From Scyliorhinus canicula (lineage: Eukaryota): a DNA stretch of 64,000 nucleotides. A program made the position numbers and the translations under genes. Within the stretch, counting starts at the first letter, position 1; each line of letters begins with the position of its first letter. The notes under the pieces are model-generated. The model worked only from the letters and a program-made list of their open reading frames with translations. It was not told where the DNA came from and did not search any database. The DNA is taken from NCBI RefSeq assembly GCF_902713615.1, contig NW_024056013.1:891420-955419 (forward strand), given 5' to 3'. This document shows positions 25,105 to 36,829 of this stretch, one piece after another.

Positions 25105-28100
25105 TCACTCAGCCACGGTCACTCACTCACTCACTCACTCACTCGCCCTCACTCACCTATCTTCACTCATTCACTTACCCTCACCTGTCTTCACTCATTC
25201 ACATACACTCACTCGCCATCACTCATTGACCCTCACGCACCCATCCTCAATGATAAACCTTTCCTTAACCACCCTCACACCCACCCTCTCACCCACGGTC
25301 ACTCACTCATCCTCACTCACCCACCCTCTCTGACACATTCTCAATCACCCACGCTCACTCACGCACCCTCCTTGACACACCATCACTCACACACACACAC
25401 CCTGACACACACACACTCACCCAACCTCCCTGACACACTCCCACCCACCCACCCTCCCTGACACACTCTCACTCACCCACCCTCCCTGACACAGTCTCAC
25501 TCACCCACCCTCCCTGACACACGCTCACACACCCACCCTCCCTGACACACTCTCACTCACCCACCCTCCCTGACACACACAAACTCACCCACCCTCCCTG
25601 ACACACTCTCCCTCACCCACCCTCTCTGACACACTCTCACTCACCCACCCTCCCTGACACACTCTCACACACCCACCCTCCCTGACACACTCTCACTCAC
25701 CCACCCTCCCTGACACACACACACTCACCCACCCTCCCTGACACACTCTCACACACCCACCCTCCCTGACACACTCTCACACACCCACCCTCCCTGACAC
25801 ACTCTCACTCACCCACCCTCCCTGACACAGTCTCACTCACCCACCCTCCCTGACACACTCTCACACACCCACACTCCCTGACACACTCTCACTCTCCCAC
25901 CCTCCCTGACACACACACATTCACCCACCCTCTCTGCACACACACACTCACCCACCCTCCCTGACACACTCTCCCTCACCCACCCTCTCTGACACTCTCA
26001 CTCACCCACCCTCCCTGACACAGTCTCACTCACCCACCCTCCCTGACACACTCTCACACACCCACCCTCCCTGACACACACTCACTCACCCACCCTCCCT
26101 GACACACACACACTCACCCACCCTCCCTGACACACTCTCACACACCCACCCTCCCTGACACACTCTCACACACCCACCCTCCCTGACACACTCTCACTCA
26201 CCCACCCTCCCTGACACACACACATTCACCCACCCTCTCTGACACACACTCACTCACTCACACTCACTGTCACACCCTCCCTGATGGACTCTCTCTCACC
26301 CACCCTGCCTGACACGCTCTCACTCACCCACCCTCACTCATCCACCCTCACTGACCCACCCACCCTGACACACTCACTCACACACCCTCACACACCCTCG
26401 CTGCCACACTCTCATTCATCCACCCTCCCTGACACACTCTCACTCACCCACCCTCCCTGACACACACACGCACCCCCACCATCACTGACACATTCTCACT
26501 CACCCACCCTCCCTGACACACTCTCACTCACCCACCCTGACACACTCTCACTCACGCACCCTCCCTGACACACTGTCACTCACCCAGCCTCACTCACCCA
26601 CCCTCACTCACACACTCTCACTCACACACCCTCCCTGACACACTGTCACTCACCTACCCTCACTCACCCACCCTCACTCACCCACCCTCACTCACACACC
26701 CACCCTGACACACTGTCACTCACCTACCCTCACTCACCCACCCTCACTCACCCACCCTCCCTGACACACTTTCACCCACCCACCCTCCCTGACACACCCT
26801 CACTGACCCACCCTCCCTGAAACACTCTCAGTCACCCATGCTCCCTGACACACACTCACTCACCCACCCTCCCTGACACACTCTCATTCATCCACCCTCC
26901 CTGACACACTCTCACTCACCCACCCTCCCTGACCCACCCACCCTGACACACTCTCACTCACACACCCTCACACACCCTCCCTGCCACGCTCTCATTCATC
27001 CACCCTCCCTGACACACTCTCACTCACCCATCCTCCCTCACACTCACTCACTCACCCACCCTCACTCACCCGCCCTCACTGACCCATCCACCCTGACACA
27101 CTCTCACTCACGCACCCTCCCTGACACACTGTCACTCACCCACCCTCACTCACCCACCCTCACTCACACACTCTCACTCACACACCCTCCCTGACACACT
27201 GTCACTCACCTATCCTCACTCACCCACCCTCACTCACCCACCCTCACTCACACACCCACCCTGACACACTGTCACTCACCTACCCTCACTCACCCACCCT
27301 CACTCACACACCCTCCCTGACACACTTTCACCCACCCACCCTCCCTGACACACCCTCACTGACCCACCCTCCCTGAAACACTCTCAGTCACCCATGCTCC
27401 CTGACACACACTCACTCACCCACCCTCCCTGACACACTCTCACTGACCCATCCGCCCTGACACACTCTCACTCACCCACCCTCCTTGACACACACTCACT
27501 CACTCACCCTGACACACACACACTCACCCACCCTGACACACTCTCACTCACACACCCTCACACACACACCCTCACTCTCCTACCCTCACTCTCCTACCCT
27601 CACTCACACGCCCTCACACACACACACTCACCCATCCGCATTCAACATCACTCACTCACCCTAATTGACTCATTCTTACATGCCCAACCTAACTCGTAAC
27701 CCTAAATCACACACCCTCACCCACTCCCACTCGCTCACCTACCCCTATTCACTCACCCACCCTCACGCATTCCCACATACCCTCATTCAGTAACCCACCC
27801 TCACTTACACATTCTCGCTCCCCCTCACTCAAATACCATCACCCACCCTAATTCGGCCACACTCACTCCCTCACCCTCCAACCCACCATCGCTCTCTAAT
27901 CCTCCCTCACACACCCACACTGACTCATTCATACTTACTCACCCAGCCTCACCTATTCATCCTCACTTACAAAGACTGGCACCCACCCTCTTCCACACGC
28001 CTTCACTCACAGATCCTCACTCACACACCCTCACTCATCCACATTCCCTCATACACCCTTATTCAGCCACCTTCACCAGACGCACCTACCCTCTGTCACC

Positions 28101-28590
28101 CACTACCACTCACTCTCATTTACTCCCTCAACCTCACTCACTCTTACTCACCCACACTCACTCATTCACGCACGCTAATTCACCCTCACTCACACACCCA
28201 AACTCATTCACTCACACACCCTCATCCACCCACATCCATCCCCTCACTCACCCTCACTCACTCAACCACCATCATACATATACCCTCGCTCACCCACCCA
28301 CACTCATTCTCCGCCACTCACACACCCTGACTCACCCAACCATCCTCACTGACCTTCACTGACTCTCACTACACAACCTCACTCACCCAGCGTCATTCAT
28401 TCTCTGCGTCTCACTCACTCTCCCTCACCCACCCTGACTCATTCGGCCTCGGTGACACAGCCTCACCCATTTACCCTCACTCAGTCACTCACCCCTGATC
28501 TCTCACTTACCAACATTCATACATCCTCAATCACCCAACTCACTCACCCATACTTATTCCCCGACCCTCACTCGGTTACTCACTCATCCT
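25105..28590. repeat. C-rich minisatellite, core 28-bp unit CCCTGACACACTCTCACTCACCCACCCT with diverged flanks
   Basis: Direct inspection; very few G on the top strand. Confidence 0.92.
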
Positions 28591-28664
28591 TTCTCACGCA
28601 TGCTCAGGAGCGAGAACTGAAGACAAGTGGCGCTCGAATGTGGCTGCCTGACACGGGATTGCCG

Positions 28665-29620
28665 GGAGCCGGAGGAAAGTGCAGAGAGCCGGGGGATGGC
28701 GCAGAGAGCCGGGGGAAGGGGCAGAGAGTCCGGGGGAAGGGGCAGAGAGTCGGGGGGAAGTGCAGAGAGCCGGAGGAAAGTGTAGAGAGCCGGGGAAAAG
28801 CGCAGAGAGCCGGAGGATAGTGTAGACAGGGGGAGGAAAGTGTAGAGAGCCGGGGGAAGGGCAGAGAGCCAGGAGAAGGCACAGAGAGCCGGGGAAAGTG
28901 TAGAGATCCGGGGGAAGGGGCAGAGAGCTGGAGGAAAGTGCAGAGAGAGCCGGGGGAAGGCGCAGAGAGCCGGGGGAAGGGGCAGAGAGCCAGGGGAAGT
29001 GCAGAGCGTGGGGAATGAGCAGGGAGCCGGGGGAAGTGCAGGAAGCCGGGAACGGTGCAGAGCCGGGAGAAGTGTAGAGAGCCGGGGGAAGGGACACAGA
29101 GCCGGAGGAATGTGCAGAGAGCCCGGGATGGTGCAGAGAGCCGGGGGAAGGCGCACAGAGCCGGGGGAAGGCGCACAGAGCCGGGGGAAGGGGCACAGAG
29201 CCAGGGGGAGTGCAGAGAGCCTGGGGAATGAGCAGGGAGCCGGGGTAAGTGCAGGGAGCCGGGAACGGTGCAGAGCCGGGAGAAGTGTAGAGAACCGGGG
29301 GAAGGCGCAGAGAACCAGTAGAAAAATCCATGGAGTGGGCGATAAACGATAAGAATCGGGGTAAAGCGCACAGTGCTCAAAGGGCCCCCGGAATGTGTCA
29401 GGAACCGGGAAAAGCCCAAAGAACTGGGAAAAGTGCAGCGCACATGGGAAAAACACAATGAGCCGGAAAAAAATGCAAAGTCGAGGGAAAGTGCTGAGAG
29501 TCGTGGGAAAGAGCCGAGAACTGCTAGAAAGTGATGGGAGCAGGCGAATGGTGCAGAGATCCAGCGGGAACTGCAGAAAAATGGGGGAACGCTCAGAGAG
29601 CACGGGGGGGGGGGGGGGGA
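28665..29620. repeat. G/purine-rich minisatellite, unit about GCAGAGAGCCGGGGGAAGG
   Basis: Direct inspection; diverges after about 29310 and ends in a poly-G run. Confidence 0.92.
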
Positions 29621-29774
29621 TTGCAGACAGCCCGGTCTTAGTGAAAGGCGGAATGTGGAGTTAGCAGCACAATCAGCACAGCCAGGATCTTATTGAATGG
29701 GGGAGTCGGCTCGACGGGCAGAATGGCCGACTCCCGCTGTTCATGTTCATGATCCTAAAATTAGAGAATGTTGC

Positions 29775-29986
29775 GCTTACTCAAATTTAGAGTTTTGTTG
29801 TAATTATATTAATGTGCGTTCCGATGGTATTTTTCAAGCAAAGTCACTATTCTCTGGTTTGGGGAGTGGGGGTACTTACTCTGGGGCTTACTCAAATTTA
29901 GAGTTTTGTTGTAATTATATTAATGTGCGTTCCGATGGTATTTTTCAAGCAAAGTCACTATTCTCTGGTTTGGGGAGTGGGGGTAG
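29775..29986. repeat. About 100-bp direct duplication, period 111
   Basis: GCTTACTCAAATTTAG...GGGGAGTGGGGGTA at 29775 and 29886. Confidence 0.9.
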
Positions 29987-30091
29987 TGAGGTGGAGAGAG
30001 GAGGGGGCATCAGTCAGTTTGAACAAAGGGAATTTCCCAAAACTGCAAAGATACAAATGAAGAGACAACTTCTTTATCACAAAGTGCTGTT

Positions 30092-30556
30092 GATTGTGAC
30101 GTACACAGGTCAGTTAGCTGGATTGTGACGTACTCAGCTCAGTTAGCTGGATTGTGACGTACACAGCTCAGTTAGCTGGATTGTGACGTACACAGCCCAG
30201 TTAGCTGGATTGTGACGTAAACATCTCAGTTAGCTGGATTGTGACGTACACAGCTCAGTTAGCTGGATTGTGACGTACACAGCTCAGTTAGCTGGATTGC
30301 GACGTACACAGCTCAGTTAGCTGGATTGTGACGTACACAGCTCAGTTAGGTGGATTGTGACGTACACAGCTCAGTTAGCTGGATTGTGACGTACACAGCT
30401 CAGTTAGCTGAATTATGACGTGCACAGCTCAGTTAGCTGGATTGTGACGTACACAGCTCAGTTAGCTGGATTGTGACGTACACAGCTCAGTCAGCTGGTT
30501 TGTGAACGTACACAGCTCAGTTAGCTGGATTGTGACGTACACAGCTCAAAGTTAGC
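30092..30556. repeat. 29-bp tandem repeat, 16 copies (GATTGTGACGTACACAGCTCAGTTAGCTG)
   Basis: Units start every 29 nt from 30092 to 30528 (one 30-nt unit). Confidence 0.95.
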
Positions 30557-30750
30557 GGACGGCTGGTTCGTGATGAAGATCGATCCCAACAGCGCGGGTT
30601 CAATTGCTGCACCGGCTGAGGTTATTCATAAAGACCCCCATTCTCAACCTTGCCCCTCGCCTGAGGTGTGGTGACCCTCAGGTTAAATCACCATCAGTCA
30701 GCTCTCAGAAGGAGAGGGCAGTCTCCGGGACTATGGCCTCATTCACATTT
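30545..30750 (+). mobile_element. tRNA-derived SINE whose head abuts the 29-bp array
   Basis: GCTGGTTCGTGATG...CCAACAGCGCGGGTTCAATT (B-box-like) followed by a GGTTAAATCACC body. Confidence 0.7.
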
Positions 30751-31059
30751 TATATTACATGGTGGCTGAAATAATGGGGAAAACGCTCTGCTCCTCTCTT
30801 TCAATCCAGTGAACGTTACACCATTCAGATTACATCAAAATGTGTTTCTTTCGATAGAGACGGAGAATGAAATGTGGGTTTCTAAAGAGGGGGCAAAAAG
30901 TAGATGAATCCCAACGATAGAACTGATTGAAGATTCAATGTGGATGTATGATTAAATCGGTAAATGTTAGGATAGTACTAGTCAAATTATGAAATGCTTG
31001 GTTACTTATAAATCACGAATACCAGAGTCTAACTTGTTGAATGGGCCATTCTCTCCCAG

Positions 31060-31359
31060 CGACACCGTCTCCGCCCACTCTCTACAGCCTGGTCTCCTCC
31101 TGCCAGCAACACAACACCGACGGCTCCGTAACCGTTGGCTGTTTGGCGATGGACTACTCCCCAGAAATCACCAGCCTTACCTGGAAGAAAGATGGGCAGC
31201 TGATCACCACTGGAGTTAAGAAATACCCGTCAGTGAGAAACAAGAAGGGAACCTACACCCTGAGCAGCCAGTTAACCATCACCGAGTCAGAGGGGGGATG
31301 CAGCAAAATCAGCTGTGAGGTTCGACACAGCGGCTCAGACAAGAGTATTGAAATGCCAT
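31060..31359 (+). CDS. IGHM: IgM Cmu1 exon ([15 protein letters not shown]...CLAMDYSP...W...[15 protein letters not shown])
   Basis: Acceptor CTCTCCCAG, donor GTAAGT at 31360, C1-set Ig fold, 300 nt. Confidence 0.95.
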
Positions 31360-31563
31360 GTAAGTATTGTGGAACCTGTGACAAACAGAACCGCTTTGAT
31401 TATTTAATTTACAACTTTGTTTATTTATGATACATTTATGGTACTCTGCATAGTTCTGATTCTTGGCGAAAAATATTGACTGCAGATAAACAGTTAAAAC
31501 ATAATAAATCATTTTATTTGTTACAAGATCTTCTGCAAGAAATGTTAACTTGTGTTTTTGAAG

Positions 31564-31875
31564 GTGGTGGAAATTACATCCATCCAAATGTTCTCCTCAC
31601 CGTGAGTTCCAATGAAGAAATCTCAAGACAGAAATTTGCTACCATCGTCTGCTCAATCAACGATTTCCGTCCAAACTCGATTAACGTGAAGTGGCTGAAG
31701 AATGGACAAGCCATGGCTTCAGGAATTGTCACCTCTCCCGCCTGTGAAGTGAACGGGAACTTCTCGGCGAGCAGTCGGCTGACAGTCTCCGCTGGGGAAT
31801 GGTTCAGCAAAGCGGTCTATACCTGCCAGGTCACTCATCAAGAGGTCACCCAAAGTCTGAACATCACCGCGCCTG
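31564..31875 (+). CDS. IGHM: IgM Cmu2 exon ([12 protein letters not shown]...CSINDF...WLKNG...YTCQVTH...ITAP)
   Basis: Acceptor TTTTTGAAG, donor GTAAGA at 31876, C1-set motifs, 312 nt. Confidence 0.95.
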
Positions 31876-32061
31876 GTAAGAGACACACACAGAGGAAACA
31901 ATAAATCATCCTGCACTCTGATGTTAATCCAAATCAGGAATTTACTGAAGTTAGTAGAAAGCACCGAATAACTTTTAATTTACTGCCATGTAGTTTGTGT
32001 TTCATTCTGATGTAAGAGCTGCATTAGAATTGCTCACCATTCAGAATGTTATCAGTTATCA

Positions 32062-32390
32062 GTGGGCAACAGGGTAGCATGGTGGTTAGCATAAATGCTT
32101 CACAGCTCCAGGGTCCCAGGTTCGATTCCCGGCTGGGTCACTGTCTGTGTGGAGTCTGCACGTCCTCCCCGTGTGTGCGTGGGTTTCCTCCCGGTGCTCC
32201 GGTTTCCTCCCACAGTCCAAAGATGTGCGGATTAGGTGGATTGGCCAGGCTAAATTGCCCTTAGTGTCCTAAAAATAAGGTTAATGGGGGTTGTTGGGTT
32301 ACTGGTATAGGGTGGATACGTGGGCTTGAGTAGGGTGATCATTGCTCGGCACAACATCAATGCCTGTTCGGTGCTGTACTGTTCTATGTC
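32062..32390 (+). mobile_element. HE1-like SINE in the Cmu2-Cmu3 intron (a more diverged copy lies at about 32655-32970)
   Basis: GGTAGCATGGTGGTTAGC head, GTTCGATTCCC B box, CR1-type tail. Confidence 0.8.
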
Positions 32391-33136
32391 AGCAAAGAAT
32401 GTTTCCCTCTACATTTAGTGAGTGAGGTGGACTTGATATCAGTTTTATTCCGAAACAGCTGATTATATTTCAGATGCAGTGGTGTCTTGAATCCTTTATT
32501 GATAACGGCTCCGGGGGAAAGTGTTGAAACGTTCATCCAACCTATTTATAAATTACCGTTCAAGACTGTGTTCCAGAGATCGGGAATTATGAATCTCATT
32601 GGGAATGCTGCAATACTGATTCATTAAAATGATACCGGGGCTAAACGACTTTCACAATAATGGTTAGCACTGAGGCCTCACTGTGCCTGGGACCCCGGTT
32701 CGATACTGACGCTAGTTGACTTGGTGGAGTTTACACCTTCTCCCCGTCTCTGCTGGGTTTCCTCTGCTTCGGTTTCCTCCCGCAGGCAAATATGTGCAGG
32801 TTAGGTGAATTGGTCATGCTGAATTGTCGCTGAATGTCCAAAGATTAGGTAGGGTTGTGCGGCTCCAGGGATAGGGTGGGGGAATTGCCCGCTCTTTCGA
32901 GGGTCGGTGCAGACTCCATGGGCCGAATGGTCCTCTTCTGCACTGTAGTGATCTATTATTCTATAATAGATTTCACAGAACACGCTGGTTTTCTATTGTA
33001 TATCGAAGATTAAAGGCGGTCTTCAGAGGTTGATATTTTGAAGTTGCTTTATTCCCATTGAGAGAGTGAAGGCTGAATCTTGCTGTCCTGATTCTGAAGA
33101 TAAAACTTGTGTTGATTTTCATGTTTTCATTCACAG

Positions 33137-33445
33137 ATCCTTCCGTTTGCACTGATGCCTCAGTAACAATACTGCCACCGCCAGTAGAACAGGTCTTACT
33201 GGAGGCGACTGTAACCTTAACCTGCGTCATTTCGAATGCTCCCTATGGAGTCAACGTGTCCTGGAGTGAAGCGAAGAAGCCGCTGAAATCAGAGATTGCC
33301 AACCAGCCTGGGGCAGATACTGAGAGCGTGGTCAGCAAATTAAACATCTCGACACAAGCCTGGCTGAGTGGAGCTGTGTTTGACTGTGTGGCGAGCCATC
33401 AGGACCTGCCAACTCCTTTAAGAATTTCAATCCACAAAAAAATAG
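33137..33445 (+). CDS. IGHM: IgM Cmu3 exon ([30 protein letters not shown]...W...[11 protein letters not shown]...)
   Basis: Acceptor TTCACAG, donor GTGAG at 33446, 309 nt. Confidence 0.95.
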
Positions 33446-33659
33446 GTGAGCGGTGAGACTGAAGCAATAAGTGAGTCATTGTGTCTATTTCTAGTGTCAG
33501 TGCAGCTGTCAGTATTTAGCATTCAGTGTATTTATGGTCCATTCTGATTGGTAATTCCACTAACTAAATACTCTGGGCGTTTAGAGTTTAGGGGGGAAAT
33601 TGATATGCACATGAATGAACAATGAATTGAAGATAGTGATTTTGGGTTTAGATGGAGCG

Positions 33660-34852
33660 GGACCATAGACCATAAGACTTAGGATCAGATGTAGGTCATT
33701 GGGCCCCTCAACACTGGTCCAGCCTTCAGTGAGGTCATGACTGATCTGCTGTGATAATCTTCAACTCCTCTTTCCCACCTTATCCCCATATCTCTTGATG
33801 CCTTTCCTAATTTAAAATATGTCTCTCTCAACCTTGAACATACTGAACAACCCAGAATCTACAGCCCCCTACGTTAAATAATTCCACAGCTTCACTACCC
33901 TCTGGGAGAGGAAATTCCTTCTCATCTCTGTCTGAAATGGGCGAATCCTCACTTTGTGATCCTGCACGCTGCTCTTAGACGCTCCCACAGGGGAAAACAA
34001 CCTCTCACCGTCTATCCTAAGAAGCTCCTGGAGAATATTTCATGTCTCAAGTAGGTCGCCTTGATTCCTCTAAACTCCAATAAGTACAGCCCAGCCGACT
34101 TAACCTCTCCCCATAAGAAAATCCCTCCATACTCGGAATCAACCTCGTGATCCTTCTCTGGACTGCCTTCAAAACCAATCTGTCTTCCTTAGAGAAGGGC
34201 ACCAAAACTATTCAAAGTATACCAGGTGCAGACTAACTAATGCCTTGTATAGTTTTAGTCAGACTTCCCCATGTTTATATTCTATTCCCTTGGAAATAAA
34301 TTTCAACATTCAATTTGTCTCCATATTACCTGCAGAACTTGTTTTTTGTGCTTTTTGCACGAGGACCCCCAATCCCCCCGTTACTTCAGCTTTCTGCAGT
34401 CTTTCTCCATCTAAATAATATTCCGTTATGTTCTTCCTCCGACCAAAGTGTCTAACCTCAGATTTTCCTGCATCATATTCCATCTGTCAAGATTTATTCA
34501 GTAACTTAAACTGTCTCTGTCCCTCTCTAGATTTTCTGTAATCCTCACCACTTGCCTTTCTACTTTAGTATCTGCAGCCGTGGGAATAGTACATTCACTT
34601 ATTAAACTCAGCTTTGATATTCATGCATATTACATCTACTGGTCCCCCTATCTCTAGCCTTCTTGTTATCACCTCAAAGAATTGCAATAAATTTGTCAGG
34701 AATGACTTACCCTTCACGAAGCCGTGCAGACCCTGCTTGATTATACTCTGTATGTCTAAATGCTCAGCAATTAAGGTCACTCGCCTATAGTTCCCTGTTT
34801 TGACTCCCTCCCTTTTGAATGAAGGTGTTACATTGGCAGTTTTCCAATCCAC
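33660..34852 (-). mobile_element. CR1 3' fragment in the Cmu3-Cmu4 intron
   Basis: Reverse-frame DWKTANVTPSFK and QHGFVKGKSFLTNLLQFFE; CR1 tail at the left end. Confidence 0.8.
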
Positions 34853-35150
34853 TTGGAGTAAGGTGGGAGGAACCTAGTGTGGAGTTTATACACCAGCACA
34901 GAACAGTTGGGCCGTATGGCCTGTTTCCCTGCTGTAAACTTTCTGAAACTTTCGAACCAACATCCGTAAATTCTCAGGGAAAAGGATTGTGTCCACCTCT
35001 GCTCCGAGCTGGGAACCCGGACAGATCCCAAAGTGGAAAATGGAAATCTTTAAAATCCAACACAAAACACATTTCTCTCACATCTAACCCGTGGTTCCAT
35101 TGTCTCCGGAATTTTCCATTTTATAAACATTTATTGTACATTTTCTGCAG

Positions 35151-35542
35151 ATCCCAATCTGTGGGAACCGTCCGTCTCTGTCCTCCTGCCCTCGGCTGAA
35201 GACGTCTCCGTTCAGAGATTCGTCTCCCTCAGCTGCTTAGTGAGAGGTTTCTCCCCCCGAGAGATCTTCGTCAAGTGGACCGTCAACGACAAGCCGGTGA
35301 ATCCCGGGAACTACAAGAACACCGAGGTGATGGCGGAGAACGGCAATAGCTCCTTCTTCATGTACAGCCTGTTATCCATTGCAGCGGAGGAGTGGGCCAG
35401 CGGCGCTTCTTACTCCTGTGTGGTGGGACATGAAGCCATCCCCTTGAAGATCATCAACAGAACGGTTGATAAATCCAGCGGTAAACCCAGTTTTGTGAAC
35501 ATTTCCCTCGCTCTGATGGACACCGTTAATTCATGTCAATGA
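35151..35542 (+). CDS. IGHM: IgM Cmu4 exon plus secretory tailpiece (...[25 protein letters not shown])
   Basis: Acceptor TTTTCTGCAG; internal donor GTAAA at 35481 for TM splicing; tailpiece with NIS sequon and penultimate Cys; TGA 35540-35542. Confidence 0.96.
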
Positions 35543-35569
35543 GATTCTATCAATTGCATTTCGAACTGA

Positions 35570-35584
35570 AATAAAAATAATAAA
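35570..35584 (+). terminator. Secretory-form poly(A) signals
   Basis: AATAAA at 35570-35575 and 35579-35584, about 30 nt after the stop codon. Confidence 0.8.
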
Positions 35585-35989
35585 GGTTTTTTCCTCCAAT
35601 TGTGATTTAAATATACAGCCGCTTAATTAATGGTGCTTCCACTTTGCTGATATTAGATCTGTTCAATGAGGCCCGGATTTCTACAGGCCTCAGCCCCAAG
35701 TCTGATACAACCAGTGCTCCCAGCACAGATACACCCTGGGTTAGAGACAGAGTAAAACTCATTCATTCCAGGATTCAGCAAAATATCTTCATTGACTTTC
35801 CTCCCGCTGAGGAGAAATCGGACACTTTCCCATTTCAGACAAACAAACCCATCACATTTAGATCTCGGTGTTCCTGCTTCTCTCATTGTCCATCCCTTTA
35901 AAATTAATGTCAGCTTTAAGTTGCTGTATCACACCCACTGGGAACTGAATTGAGGATCACACAGAAACATGGACCAACAATCACCAGTC

Positions 35990-36290
35990 AAAGAGAGGGG
36001 AAAGTGAAATTGTTGATCCACTGTACCCCCACTTCCCCAGCAAGGAGAGGGGAAGGGGCATTAATTCACACACTGTACCCCCACTTCCCCAACAAAGAGA
36101 GGGGAAGGGGCATTAGTTAACACACTGTACCTCCACTTGCCCAACAAAGAGACGGTGAAGGCCTGAGTAATCCACTGTACATCCGCTTCTAACAATGAGA
36201 GGGGGAGGGGCATTAGTTAATCCACTGCCTCCCCACTTCCCCAACAAAGAGAGCAAAAACTAACCCATTTTACCTCCACTTTCCCGACCA
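35990..36290. repeat. Diverged ~55-60-bp tandem repeat, about 5 copies
   Basis: Recurrent AAGAGAGGGGAAGGGGCATTA...CACTGTACCCCCACTTCCCC. Confidence 0.75.
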
Positions 36291-36829
36291 AATGAAGATG
36301 AAGGTGATGATTGAACTCTCTGTATCTCCACCTCCAGCAGGGAGAACCCAAAGGCAATTTGCTGATCTGTCCAGAGAGAGGGAGATTATTAACTCAATAT
36401 CTTCCCAGTCCCCAAGCAGGGAGTTTGGAAGTAAACGGTTCTCTAGACTAAGAATTCAGTTACTGACATTAGAAGACGCCATTTAGCTTACTGGCTGAAG
36501 GCTTAAAAAGACCATCATGATAAAGATGTTCTTAAAGTATCTATTCATGCAACAGAATTTTTAGCACCCTTGTTCCTCTTATCCGTATGCTGAGACCGAT
36601 TCCCCATAATCCAAATCCAGACTGGTGATTGACTTCTCCCTGGGTTTTCACTGTTCTCTCCTGAGGCACCTCCTTGTATTTTTGCATTAGGTCACCTGAT
36701 GTCAGCTTGCAACTCACACAAAACACATTTATAAGCAGAAAGTTCAACATATTCTCCATCGGTACCAATAATACCCACAACTGGCAAAGCTACAGGCAGC
36801 TGATACAAATACACAGACAGATAAACAGA

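Noticed and set aside
24933-25105. Acidic ORF start (MENQNRMDGEQEEEV...) between arrays
   Set aside because: No ATG start, no recognisable domain or splice context; may be a retroelement ORF1 scrap
28452-29664. Several 117-339 aa ORFs on both strands
   Set aside because: Artefacts of the stop-poor G-rich array
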